From a virus: DNA of 64,000 nt. The notes under the pieces are model-generated. The model had not been told where the DNA came from. It worked only from the letters and a program-made list of their open reading frames with translations, and searched no databases. The position numbers and the translations under genes are program-made. The stretch spans positions 1 through 64,000 of the IMG/VR virus record IMGVR_UViG_3300037313_001714. The stretch is one strand, 5' to 3'. Position 1 is the stretch's first letter; every line of letters begins with the position of its first letter. Positions 28,107-37,639 of this stretch are shown here, one piece after another.

Positions 28107-28448
28107 TTAGAACGCGCCGACGGCGTTGGCCGGCCGGTCGTTTGCGCCGCCAAACGTCTCTTTGGCGGGCGGCGGTTTGACGGGCTCCAGGCGCACGGCG
28201 CCCGGATGCGCGCGCCACTTCATGTTGTGCAGGTGGTTGCCGTCGCGGTCGATCTCGTAGCCTTGCAGTCGGGTGCGGCCGAAGCCGGTGACGAACATCC
28301 GCACCTGTCGGCCCTTGGCCCAGAAGGTGACGATGGAGCCGTAGCGGATCTCCTGATGCTGCTTGGTCGTGATCTCGGCGTTGACGGCGTCGCGCAGGTC
28401 CATGAGGGCCTGCAGCGACAACTGGCGCAGCTTGCTCCTGTCGATCAT
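28107..28448 (-). CDS. hypothetical protein, tail ...AVGAF
   Basis: AAGGA SD. Confidence 0.6.
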   Translation of the reverse strand: MIDRSKLRQLSLQALMDLRDAVNAEITTKQHQEIRYGSIVTFWAKGRQVRMFVTGFGRTRLQGYEIDRDGNHLHNMKWRAHPGAVRLEPVKPPPAKETFGGANDRPANAVGAF

Positions 28449-28496
28449 GGGCTGTCCTTTCGAAGACTGGGCGGGCCGCAGCCCGCCCGTGTGGCA

Positions 28497-29480
28497 TCAC
28501 GCGCTCGCGTCCTCGACTTCGGCGCCCGCCTCGACCTCGACATCCGCGCTCGCGTCGTCCGCCTTCACGAGGCCCAGCTGGCTGTAGACCATCGGCAGCA
28601 ACGCGCTGTCGGGGTTCGGCGTGAGCTTGCCCTTCTCCTTCAGCGCGATGCCCAGCTCCGGCAGCAGCATGAACATCTGGTTGGCCTGGCTGTTCGCCGT
28701 GCCCTTGCTGTAGGGCTTGGCGAGCAGTGCCTTCGTCAGGTTGCCCTTCTCGCCGGAGGTCAGCTCGCCGTCGCGGTGCAGCACGCGGAAGGTGATGTCC
28801 ATCACCTTGTTCAGCTCGCCGCCCGCCTTCAGCCAGCCGAACAGCATGATCGCCTTCTCGCGCACCTTGTCGGCGATCGCGTCGCGGTCGTTCATGCGCT
28901 CGATGAAGGCGTTCTGCGCGGCTTCGGTGGCAAGAGTGTCGGCGGCGCCCTCGTTGGAGAACACCACGTACTCGCGCCAGTCGCCGCCCAGCTTGGCGAC
29001 CAGCAAGTCGCCCGGCTGGTGCGTCACGCTGGTGGCGCGCGGCGGCTTGGCGGCCCGCTCGGCGTCCTTCTTCGCCTTCGTTTCGGCGCGCTTTTTCTCA
29101 CGCTCGGCCTTCTTGGCCTCCTTCTCGGCCTTCTTGGCTTCGGCCTTCGCGCGCTTGGCCGCTTCCGGGTCCGTCACCGCTTCGGGCGGCGTCTGCGGCG
29201 TGTCGCTGCCGGCGCTCTCGAGGAACTCGGCGCCCTCGCCCTGCGCGGCGTACAGGTCCTGGCGATCGGCAGCGTTGGCGGCCGACTCGACCAGCGCCTC
29301 GTCCTCGCCGTGCGCGGCCGGCTCGATGGGCTCGGCGCGCGCTTCGACGGCGACTGCGCCCTGCGTTTCGGCTTCCTCGAGGACTTCGCCCTCGCCTTCG
29401 ATTGCCATGCCGGCGAGGATGCCCTCGATCACGGCGTCGTCGGCACTGGAGCCGACGCCTTCGTTCAGATGGTCTTGCAT
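28497..29480 (-). CDS. hypothetical protein: acidic disordered N-terminus, Lys/Ala/Glu coil, probable wHTH-like C-terminal domain
   Basis: AGGAG SD; 'KGTANSQANQMFMLLPELGIA'. Confidence 0.75.
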   Translation of the reverse strand: MQDHLNEGVGSSADDAVIEGILAGMAIEGEGEVLEEAETQGAVAVEARAEPIEPAAHGEDEALVESAANAADRQDLYAAQGEGAEFLESAGSDTPQTPPEAVTDPEAAKRAKAEAKKAEKEAKKAEREKKRAETKAKKDAERAAKPPRATSVTHQPGDLLVAKLGGDWREYVVFSNEGAADTLATEAAQNAFIERMNDRDAIADKVREKAIMLFGWLKAGGELNKVMDITFRVLHRDGELTSGEKGNLTKALLAKPYSKGTANSQANQMFMLLPELGIALKEKGKLTPNPDSALLPMVYSQLGLVKADDASADVEVEAGAEVEDASA

Positions 29481-29605
29481 GATGTGCTCCTGAAAAACTG
29501 CGGGTTTGCGTCTGCGCATTCGTTGCGCGACAGACGAATGCTCGCAAGGGCCGTCAGGAGAGCAGCGCTGGCAAGAGCAACATCCTGTGCCGTGTGCGGC
29601 CGCGC

Positions 29606-30107
29606 TTACTCGGTGTCGTCATAGACGCGCGCGCCCGAACCCACGCCCTCGATCAGCGCCTGTGCCTCGAGTTCGGCTTCGCTGCGCGCCACGTCGCGCG
29701 CCCCCGGCGCATCGTCATAGGGGAACGACGCCGCGAGCGCGCCCCACTGCAGGACGTTGATCTGCTTGGCGACCCTGTCCTCGGTGATGATGACGCTGCC
29801 CTGGCGCGACAGCCACACCCAGGCCGACACCCACAGGCCCTCGTCGCGGTCGGCGCGGCTGGTGACGGCGTTGTCGTCGATCTCGATGCTGTCGTCGCTG
29901 CCGTTGGCGTACGCCTCGCGCGCTTCCTCGATCTCTTCGGGCGTGGCCGGGTCCTGCGCTGAGACGGAGACGTTCTTCAGCACCACACTGCGGCCGTCGG
30001 CGAGCGTGAGCAGGCCCTCGCTCAACCGGCGCTCGATGGCCATCGCCAGGTCCTCCGCGGTGACGCCTTCGACCTCGCGCGGGATCGTGATCTTGGAGGA
30101 TCGCCAT
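29606..30107 (-). pseudogene. hypothetical protein with apparent 1-nt frameshift near the start (or sequencing error)
   Basis: AAGGAG SD and ATG at 30107 are out of frame with the long ORF. Removing one C in CTCCAAG gives MAILKITIPREVEG... Confidence 0.45.
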
Positions 30108-30108
30108 T

Positions 30109-30372
30109 TCAGTTCTCCTTGCGGGCCAGCGTGCGTGCGGCCCACACGAGGCGTTCATGGCGCCGGGCCTCGTAGGCGATCTCGCTGGCTTCGTCCATCG
30201 ACATCTCCGCGCAGAGCATCCCGAACCAGCTCCACTGCTCGTCGCCGCGCCGGTACTGCTGCACCGCCAGGCGTCGCGACAGTGCGGCGGCCGTGAGCGC
30301 CTCGTGGAACCGATGGTGGGCGACATACATGCGCTCCAGCTCCTCGTCCACGTCGATTGCGTCCAGGTCCAT
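30109..30372 (-). CDS. hypothetical protein
   Basis: Start MDLDAI; coupled ORF. Confidence 0.55.
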   Translation of the reverse strand: MDLDAIDVDEELERMYVAHHRFHEALTAAALSRRLAVQQYRRGDEQWSWFGMLCAEMSMDEASEIAYEARRHERLVWAARTLARKEN

Positions 30373-30812
30373 CACCAGGCCCCTCCTTCGATGTCCTCGC
30401 TCTCGGTCTGCGGGCGGTTCGGGTCCGGCCCCTTGGGCAGCTCCAGCGTGTTGCCCTCCTCCACCAGCACGCCTTCGTCGTCGCGCTTGGAGGCGGTCCA
30501 CGCCTCGAGGAACTTCTCGTAGGCGGCGATGCCGGCGGCCTCGGTGGGAAAGGTCTGGTCGCTGTCGGCCGGGTCCACCACCAGACTGCCGTCGGCGGTG
30601 TAGTTCTTCACCAGCAGGATGAAGACCTTCCAGTAGTCGGAAAGGGTGTTCTGCGGGTCCTCGATCCGGCCGACCCACTGCAGCGTCACGTTGACGACGC
30701 CGTTGTCGTACTGGCGCACGATCGGGTAGGCCGGATCGGCGCGCAGCTCGCGCCACTTCTTGGCGTCGATCGGCTTGCCGTCACGGTCGATGAAGGCCAC
30801 GAGTTTGGCCAT
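30372..30812 (-). CDS. hypothetical protein, tail ...EDIEGGAW
   Basis: AGGAG SD; operator at 30831. Confidence 0.7.
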   Translation of the reverse strand: MAKLVAFIDRDGKPIDAKKWRELRADPAYPIVRQYDNGVVNVTLQWVGRIEDPQNTLSDYWKVFILLVKNYTADGSLVVDPADSDQTFPTEAAGIAAYEKFLEAWTASKRDDEGVLVEEGNTLELPKGPDPNRPQTESEDIEGGAW

Positions 30813-30914
30813 CGTTTCGCTCCTGAATGTCTCAGCGGTGACTTACCGCTACATTTACAATTTTGCCCAGCGCGGGCAGGCATGCGCCCGTGCATGGGCA
30901 ACTGCCGTCAGGCA

Positions 30915-31298
30915 TCAGCGCTTGAGCGCCGGCCCGTCGATCTCGTTGTCGTACAGGCGAATCTCGTCCGGGGTGATGCTCTTGCCGTGCTCGGCCCGGT
31001 CGCGCAGCTCGTCGATGATCTTGTAGCACTTGAGCTGGACGCTGACCCGCGCCTCCAGCGCGTCGTGGGCGCGGTTCTCGGCGACGTCGATCATGTAAAG
31101 CTGGAAGGCGGCGATCGGCTGCGGCTGCATGTAGGTGGCCATCTGCGGGTCGTTGCGCAGGCCGTGCTCGTGGAAGCGCTGGTACATGAGCTGGGCGGTC
31201 CGACCATAGCGCTCGCACTGCTGGTCGGTGGTCGGCATGAGGGCCAGCGCCGAGCCTGCCAGGGTGAGCGCAAGCGCGCCGACGAGAACTGCTTTCAT
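30915..31298 (-). CDS. putative exported protein
   Basis: Signal peptide 'MKAVLVGALALTLAGSALA'. Confidence 0.55.
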   Translation of the reverse strand: MKAVLVGALALTLAGSALALMPTTDQQCERYGRTAQLMYQRFHEHGLRNDPQMATYMQPQPIAAFQLYMIDVAENRAHDALEARVSVQLKCYKIIDELRDRAEHGKSITPDEIRLYDNEIDGPALKR

Positions 31299-31419
31299 CC
31301 TGCACCTCCGCAAGGTCACGGGGCCGGCCAGTAAGTCACGGCTGCGGCACCCAGACCCAGCATGAGGGGCAGGAGGTAGAGCGTCAAGCTCAGCCAGAGA
31401 GGCGGTGTGTCGTTTTGCC

Positions 31420-31758
31420 TCATGTGATCGCGTGCGCGCCCGCAGGCACGCCGTTCAGGACCCGGTCGGTGCTGATGTAGCAGTCCATCGGACACTTCTT
31501 CATCGGCGCGTTGTTGTAGAAGGCGGTCCAGGTGACGCCATAGACGCCGTCCTTGAAGTGGCTGCCGCCGCTCTTGCGCCACTCGTCCAGCTGCACGTTG
31601 CGCGCGCAAAAGCAGCAGGGCCGCTCGCCACTGGGGCGACCCGGCCACGGTGCGCTGCCGGCGCTGTGGGCGCAGCCGCTGCACACCAGCGGGTTGCCGT
31701 ACTCGTCCTTGTTCAGCTCCTCGAGCTTGCTCGGATACTTGTCGTCCTCGTCACTCAT
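31420..31758 (-). CDS. Cys-rich hypothetical protein
   Basis: CSGC, 'SGERPCCFCARN', 'CPMDCY'. Confidence 0.6.
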   Translation of the reverse strand: MSDEDDKYPSKLEELNKDEYGNPLVCSGCAHSAGSAPWPGRPSGERPCCFCARNVQLDEWRKSGGSHFKDGVYGVTWTAFYNNAPMKKCPMDCYISTDRVLNGVPAGAHAIT

Positions 31759-32276
31759 GCGTCCTTCCCTTTCTGCTTCTGTTGCCATGTCCGAATCGAG
31801 TGGCAGTTCGCGCAGCGCACTACGCACTTGCCTGCGGCAATTTCTGCCTGCAGCCGCGCGATGCTGGTGCGTGCCTTGCTGATCTCGACCGACTTCACTC
31901 CTTCGTGATCCAGCTGTAATGCGGCGAAGTGACCTTTGAAGCCGCAGTCCGCACAGCCGTGCTCCAACTTGTAATTGGCCAGCCATTCGCGAACCTTCTT
32001 CTGGTGCGCCACCCACTGCGCGTCCGCCTTCGCCTTGAACTCCGGGTCGTTCTTGCGGCGATGATTGACATACGCCTTCATGTATGCGCGACGCGCCGCT
32101 TTCTTTTCAGGCGTGTCCGTCTCGCGCCGGTAGCGACTCTTTTGCTTGCAGGCATCTGAGCAGTACAAGCCGTTGTAGCCCATCGGGTCAGGCTCGAACG
32201 CCCGTTGGCAAGTGCGACAGATACGCTCGCCAACTTCGCGATCGCCGTAATCCTCGCGACCAGCAGTCTTCGTCAT
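31755..32276 (-). CDS. free-standing HNH (homing-type) endonuclease
   Basis: N-terminal CxxC zinc finger; 'CADCG...LQLDH...KCVVRCANCH..RT'; lower GC than its flanks. Confidence 0.75.
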   Translation of the reverse strand: MTKTAGREDYGDREVGERICRTCQRAFEPDPMGYNGLYCSDACKQKSRYRRETDTPEKKAARRAYMKAYVNHRRKNDPEFKAKADAQWVAHQKKVREWLANYKLEHGCADCGFKGHFAALQLDHEGVKSVEISKARTSIARLQAEIAAGKCVVRCANCHSIRTWQQKQKGKDA

Positions 32277-32719
32277 CAGTCACACCCTCTGCCAACGGTT
32301 CCGCTGTCCGTTATGTCGCAGAAGTCCTTCCAATGGACCCAGCCCTTCGGACACAGGAATCCCCATTGACGATAGCGTGGGCCTGTCACGAACAGGGTCC
32401 AACACTCGCCTCGGTCCAGCTCCACGCGATGCGCGAATCGGCCGGAAAGACGCAGACGCCGGTCACCCGCGACGAGGCGTTGAACGCCGGTCCTCGTGTG
32501 TTCCAGGTAGCTTCCTTGCAGCAGCCAGCTGGCGTTAATCCACGGGTGGTCATGCATCGCCCTGTCGTCATCGGATCGGAGAAACCGGTGGACGTAGACG
32601 TTGAAGAACCGGTTGCGCGGCAGCAGCCAGTGCCGCTCCAGGTACGGGTCGTCCGGCCCGCCGATCACGAAGTCGGGCTTTCTGTTGCGAGCCCAGCGCA
32701 GGATGGCCTCGCGGATCAC
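32276..32719 (-). CDS. cupin-fold phage protein
   Basis: 'VHRFLRSDDDRAMHDHPW..ASWLLQGSYLEH...FAHRVEL...WTLFVTGP'. Confidence 0.7.
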   Translation of the reverse strand: MIREAILRWARNRKPDFVIGGPDDPYLERHWLLPRNRFFNVYVHRFLRSDDDRAMHDHPWINASWLLQGSYLEHTRTGVQRLVAGDRRLRLSGRFAHRVELDRGECWTLFVTGPRYRQWGFLCPKGWVHWKDFCDITDSGTVGRGCD

Positions 32720-33276
32720 GCCGCCATCCTTGCCGCGGGCAGCGGCGGCAGGGTGTAGAAACCGCGGTCGACGCCGCGCCAGAAGCACTCCATCATGCGC
32801 TCGGTGTCGTAGTCGGCCGCGTGGGCCGCTGCCGGGTCGTACGGCACGCCGAGCGCGAAGCACAGCTCGCCGAGCTTGGGGAACTTGCCGTCGGCGCAGG
32901 CCCAGCGCGCGTTCTCCATGGTGCAAAAGCCGATGCCGTGCGGCAGCGTCAGGCCCACGCGCAGCAGCTCGCTGCCGATGAAGGGCAGGTCGAACTCGGC
33001 GTTGTGGGCCACCATGTAGTCGCAGGCGTCGAGCTTGGCGTGGATCGTCCTGGCGACGTCCTCCCACTTCGGGCACCCCACCAGCTCGGTGTAGCTGATG
33101 CCGTGCACGGCCTGGGCGCCGGCGCTGATCGCGCGGTCCGGGTCGATGCGCTGCACGTAGCGATCCACCAGCGCGCGCGTGGACCAGTCATAGGTGAGGA
33201 TGGCGATCTCGATGATCCGGTCGTTCGCCGAAATCTCGAGGCCGGTGGTCTCGGTGTCGATGGCGGCGAGCTTCAT
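32716..33276 (-). CDS. dnaQ: DEDDh 3'-5' exonuclease (Pol III epsilon-like)
   Basis: ExoI IDTETTG, ExoII AHNAEFD, ExoIII HAADYD. Confidence 0.9.
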   Translation of the reverse strand: MKLAAIDTETTGLEISANDRIIEIAILTYDWSTRALVDRYVQRIDPDRAISAGAQAVHGISYTELVGCPKWEDVARTIHAKLDACDYMVAHNAEFDLPFIGSELLRVGLTLPHGIGFCTMENARWACADGKFPKLGELCFALGVPYDPAAAHAADYDTERMMECFWRGVDRGFYTLPPLPAARMAA

Positions 33277-33689
33277 GCGTGCTCCAGCTCGTACGGCACG
33301 GCGGGCGCGCAGCGCGCGTACTCGTTCATGTAGAAGCGCAGCCGCCCGAGCAGCAGCTCCTTGTCCGACAGCGCCGGCAGTTCGGCTTCGCGCGGGCTGC
33401 GCGGGCCGAACAGGATGGCGATCACGCCCACGTCGATGCGAAACAGCGCCGCGAGCGACAGCCGCGCGCCCATGTATCTGCCGCGCAGGTAAATGCCGCC
33501 TACCCGCTCGACGGCCAGGCCGAGCGCCTTGAAGAACGGGTCCTGCGACAGCCAGTAGGCCGCGTCGCCGCAGGACTGGCCATCCTTCTCGCAGACGATC
33601 TGGTCGAGCGTGAAGCGCTCCTTGGGCACCGCGGCGAGGCGCTCGTACGCCAGGTCCAGCAGCTGCCAGTCGGTGTTCGGTCGGTACAT
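33273..33689 (-). CDS. hypothetical protein, divergent CGxxAC family paralog 4
   Basis: 'AYERLAAVPKERFTL...SCGDAAYWLSQDPFFKALGL' parallels 21887-22345. Confidence 0.6.
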   Translation of the reverse strand: MYRPNTDWQLLDLAYERLAAVPKERFTLDQIVCEKDGQSCGDAAYWLSQDPFFKALGLAVERVGGIYLRGRYMGARLSLAALFRIDVGVIAILFGPRSPREAELPALSDKELLLGRLRFYMNEYARCAPAVPYELEHA

Positions 33690-33916
33690 TGCGCCTCCTG
33701 AAGTAGCGCGGTTCAAAGATCAGTGTCTCGTGATTGCTCAGGCGGGCGGTCGGCCCCGCGAATAGATCCAGCAGGCGCGGCAGAAGACGGTCTCCGGCAG
33801 CCGCCGGCGCGACAGGGTCCGCAGCCACACCCACTTGCGCGTCGCGCAGCCGTCGGGCACCCGCACCGGGCGCCAGGCGAACCAGCGGTGCCATTGCCGA
33901 ATGTCCTGGTCACGCT

Positions 33917-34801
33917 TCATTGTCGCGTCACTGGTGACTTACATTGTACCTTGTACGAAACCAGCGTCGGGGCGCTCGCCTGCAGGAACCCGGTCATGAG
34001 CTTGCGGCCCTGCGCGACGCCCTCGTCCGTGGCCTTGCCGGAGCGCCGCACGATGTAGGGGACGTCGCCAATGCCCTCGACGTAGGCCTGGCTGAAGGCG
34101 ATCGCCGCGGCGTAGAACGAGTCGCGCAGCCGGATCGCGCCGACCTCGTCGGGCGCGGCGCAGATCATCTGCTGGGCCAGCACCGGCAGCGCCTGCAGCG
34201 GGTTCATGCCGGCCGTCATCTGCGGCGAGTACCAGGCGCGCAGCATCATCTTGTCGATGGCCGTCAGCGGCGCCGTCTGGCGCGGAAAATACGACAGCAC
34301 GGTGTCGCCGCTCGGGTGGCCGCGCAGACCCATCACGTGCATGAACTCGTGGTAGCGGCAGCGCCCCACGTCGGCCTCGCGCATCTGCGTGAGCGTGTGC
34401 GTGACCAGGAAGTCCTTGCTGCCGTAGTCGGTGAAGGTGACGCACGGCTGGTTGTCCGCCAGCGCCTTGTTGGGCAGCACCTCGACGATGACGTTGGCGT
34501 AACGCTTTGCATCCTCCTCGCGCGGCACTTCCACCAGCGGCACGCCCGCGGCGGCCGTCACATCGGCCAGCGCCTGCAGGATCTCGTCATGGTGCCGCTT
34601 GGCGTGCAGCCCGGTGATGTGCACCCGCATCGGCTGCTCCCAGCGGATCACCTCGACCGGCTCGCCCGACTGGTGCCACAGCACTTCCCACATGGTCTGG
34701 AGCTGGGCGCGCTCGGCGGCCAGCGGGGTCTCTTGCGCGCCCAGCCCGCTCGCGAACGCCAGGCCGGCGACGAGGGCAAGGACCGAAGAGCAGGCGCGCA
34801 T
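33917..34801 (-). CDS. exported zinc metallopeptidase-like protein (DUF2927-like)
   Basis: Signal peptide 'MRACSSVLALVAGLAFASGLGA'; HEFMHVMGLRGH zinc motif. Confidence 0.6.
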   Translation of the reverse strand: MRACSSVLALVAGLAFASGLGAQETPLAAERAQLQTMWEVLWHQSGEPVEVIRWEQPMRVHITGLHAKRHHDEILQALADVTAAAGVPLVEVPREEDAKRYANVIVEVLPNKALADNQPCVTFTDYGSKDFLVTHTLTQMREADVGRCRYHEFMHVMGLRGHPSGDTVLSYFPRQTAPLTAIDKMMLRAWYSPQMTAGMNPLQALPVLAQQMICAAPDEVGAIRLRDSFYAAAIAFSQAYVEGIGDVPYIVRRSGKATDEGVAQGRKLMTGFLQASAPTLVSYKVQCKSPVTRQ

Positions 34802-34808
34802 GGTCGGA

Positions 34809-34886
34809 TTATAGTCACCGCTGACTGAAACACCAGACGGTGTCCTGTTTCAGACTGGGGTTGATTGTATGTCACTTGTGACTTAC
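34809..34886. promoter_or_regulatory. divergent promoter region with two operator palindromes
   Basis: GTCACCGCTGAC at 34814 with minus-strand TATAAT adjacent; GTCACTTGTGAC at 34871. Confidence 0.65.
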
Positions 34887-34896
34887 ACTCTGCCAT

Positions 34897-36282
34897 ATGA
34901 AACGACTCAGCCTGCTGGCGCTGGTCGCGGCGTCGGCACTGTCTGCCTGTGGCGGTGGTGGTGGCTCCGGGAACGACCTGCAACCTTCCCCCTCTCCGCA
35001 ACAGACCTCGCCCGAGGTCTACCCGGCCGCATCCACCGACGGCAGCCTGCTGTCGGCGATCGACGCGCGCTTCAAGGTCCATCCGCGCCCTGCCCCGGCC
35101 CCGGCACCCGCGCCGGCACCCGCCCCGAGCTGCAGCGCGCCCGCGTGGAGCACCACGACGCGCTACATGGGCGGCGAGCTGGTCACGGACCCCGGCAACG
35201 GCCAGGTCTACGTGGCGGTGGTGCTCGACCCGTCCATCTGGAATGTCAACAGCGAGCCGATGTGGACGCCGCAGTACTGGACGCCCGCGCCTGGCTGCGT
35301 CACACCGGCCCCGGCGCCAGCGCCAGCGCCCAGCCCCGCCCCCGCGCCGACTCCTGCGCCGACCCCGGCGCCCGCGCCTGGCGGCATTCCGTCGATCAGC
35401 GTCAGCTCCAACCCGAACGTGTGGCTGCAGACCGGCCCCGACGCCGCGGGCGCGGCCTACTGGGCCTCCAGCGACCCGTGGGGCGCCACCGGCCTCACCG
35501 CCGGCACCTACACCGGCATCACCGGCACGACCTACGAGCAGGCGCTGGGCATCGCGACCGATGCCTCCAACGGCGCGGCCGCGCGCTTCACCTGGAAGTG
35601 GCCCACCGGCCAGACCGAGGTGAAGGCCTACCCGTCGATCCTGGCCGGCGACAAGCCGGGTGAGGCCAACAGCGGCCCCGCCCCGGGTGGCCTGCCCGTG
35701 ATCCTGCCGGACGGCAGCACGTCGCAGACGGCGCCGTCTGGCGCCACGCCGGGGACGATCTTCCCGATGCAGCTGCCGCTGCCGCCGGTCTACAGCTCGT
35801 TCGCCTACTCGAGTGCGCTGCCCACCGGCCACGGCCACCTGTCCTACGACATCTGGCTGCAGAACACGCCCACTCAGTGCCACGGCTGGGACGCCTGCGG
35901 CGAGATCACGCACGAGATCATGATCCCGCTGGAGTACTGGGGCGGCTATGGCGCGTACCCGAACGGGCGCAACCCCGGCTGGTACGTCAAGGACGACATC
36001 ATCGATGGGCGCCTGTGGCACATCTACATCGCCAAGGACGGCTCGGGCAACTTCGTGCCGTTCGGCAGCGGCTGGAAGTTCATCGTCTTCGAGCCGGACG
36101 GCCCGGTCGCGCCTGGCACGCTGAACATCGGCGCCTTCATCAACTACCTGACCACGCAGTCCACGCCGAACGGCACCAAGTGGGCCAACGGCAACGAGTG
36201 GCTGGTGAGCGCCGAACTCGGCATCGAGCCGGTGGACGGTGAAGGCGACCTGACGATCTACGACTACCGCGTGTGGAAGTGA
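34897..36282 (+). CDS. lipoprotein with CBM-like module and glycoside hydrolase family 12-like catalytic domain
   Basis: Lipobox LSAC; Pro-Ala linkers flanking a 'WSTTTRYMGGELVT' module; GH12-like motifs EVKAYPSI, SYDIWL, HEIMIPL (nucleophile Glu) and ELGIEP (acid/base Glu). Confidence 0.75.
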   Translation: MKRLSLLALVAASALSACGGGGGSGNDLQPSPSPQQTSPEVYPAASTDGSLLSAIDARFKVHPRPAPAPAPAPAPAPSCSAPAWSTTTRYMGGELVTDPGNGQVYVAVVLDPSIWNVNSEPMWTPQYWTPAPGCVTPAPAPAPAPSPAPAPTPAPTPAPAPGGIPSISVSSNPNVWLQTGPDAAGAAYWASSDPWGATGLTAGTYTGITGTTYEQALGIATDASNGAAARFTWKWPTGQTEVKAYPSILAGDKPGEANSGPAPGGLPVILPDGSTSQTAPSGATPGTIFPMQLPLPPVYSSFAYSSALPTGHGHLSYDIWLQNTPTQCHGWDACGEITHEIMIPLEYWGGYGAYPNGRNPGWYVKDDIIDGRLWHIYIAKDGSGNFVPFGSGWKFIVFEPDGPVAPGTLNIGAFINYLTTQSTPNGTKWANGNEWLVSAELGIEPVDGEGDLTIYDYRVWK

Positions 36283-36304
36283 CGTTCGGTTTTCGCGAAA
36301 ACCG

Positions 36305-36328
36305 AAAAGGGGCCATCAGGCCCCTTTT
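36305..36328. terminator. bidirectional rho-independent terminator between convergent genes
   Basis: AAAAGGGGCC-ATCA-GGCCCCTTTT, preceded by the perfect palindrome TTCGGTTTTCGCGAAAACCGAA (36285-36306). Confidence 0.75.
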
Positions 36329-37122
36329 TCATGACTGTCTTGCGAAGCGCTTCCGCTAGAGGACAGGGCGGCGCAGAACTTGGTCCATGCCTCGTCGCCG
36401 AATGCGACGGCCGGTTGATGTGGGGACGCACGGTTGCGGTACACGGTCGCGCCGCACTCCTGCGCCAACTTCAGCACGTCGGGCTCGCTTGCTGCGGCTG
36501 CCTGGGGTGCGACGACCTCAGCCTCGAACGCTGGATGGATGTGCGCATCCTCCAGAACCAGCTGTGGATGTACGTCTTCGTAGCCTTCTGGGCGCTTCAG
36601 GCGCACCAGCACATCGCTTGCTGCGGCTGCTTCTCGCTCAGTCGTCATGGGGCACCTCCACGCCAATACGACGCGCCAGTTCTTGACGCGATCGCAGCGG
36701 GCCAGACGAATTGGCAATGTCCCAGAGCGCGGCCTTTCGGAAGTCGCGCCTCCACTTCCACCACCAGATACGGTTTAGCAGACGCTTAATCGGTGCGCGA
36801 ATCAGCGAGGCTAACAAGATCAGGACGGCGATGGCTGGTGGAATGAGGATGCAAGCGAGAGGGGAGAGCGTGTCAGTCGCCATGACGCTCTCCTTGAAGG
36901 GCGGCGTCGATCATGACCTGTCTCCATTCATGCGTTGCCGGTACAGCGCCACGGGCGACATCTTGCACGCCTTGTCCGGCACCTTGCCGCCATCGCGGCA
37001 GATCCACAGCGTCACGCACGGCAGCACATTGATGCACCAGCGCCGGCTGAAGCCGCTGTAGTGCGCGCCGATCCACAGCGCGAGCGGCTGGAACAGAACG
37101 CCCCAGCGCGTGCCGTAGCCCT

Positions 37123-37491
37123 TCATGCCAGCAGCTCCTCCGGCACGTCCACCTCCTCGCCCAGCTTGCTGGCCACGAAGCAGCGCATGGCGGCAATGAG
37201 GGGCGTGGGCGCGTCGGGACCGAAGTTGCCGTACTCGGTCGAGTCGCTTGCCATCCACGCGCCATGACGCAGGCGGCGAATAGCGATGCCTTCGCGCTCG
37301 ATGATCGGCCCGCACAGCGCCCAGTCCAGGGCGCTCACCTGGCGCGTGCGGCAGCGAACCACGTGCGCGACCGTGACGACGCCGGCGGCGTCCTTTGACT
37401 CGATCGTCCTGACGAAAGGCTCCCAGCCCTCGGCCAGGCACGCCGTCCACAGCAGGGCCTGACCGGTCAGCTCCGTGGCCTGAATCTTCAC
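37123..37491 (-). CDS. DUF2591/NinX-like phage protein
   Basis: 'ELTGQALLW...DWALCGPIIERE...GPDAPTPLIAAMRCFVASKLGEEVDVP'. Confidence 0.75.
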   Translation of the reverse strand: MKIQATELTGQALLWTACLAEGWEPFVRTIESKDAAGVVTVAHVVRCRTRQVSALDWALCGPIIEREGIAIRRLRHGAWMASDSTEYGNFGPDAPTPLIAAMRCFVASKLGEEVDVPEELLA

Positions 37492-37639
37492 AGTCTCACC
37501 TCGATGGCTTTGCCGGACAGCGTGGGCACCTTGCAGCCAGTCGTGTCTTCCGGCGTCAGGGTGAACGCGAGCCACAACGTGTACGCGCCGATCAGGGCGA
37601 ACGCCACGCCAAACGTCTTGAGCAAGAATCTGAAGAACT

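Noticed and set aside
35085-35385. GC-rich tandem repeats in the GH12 gene
   Set aside because: They encode ordinary Pro-Ala linkers between domains.
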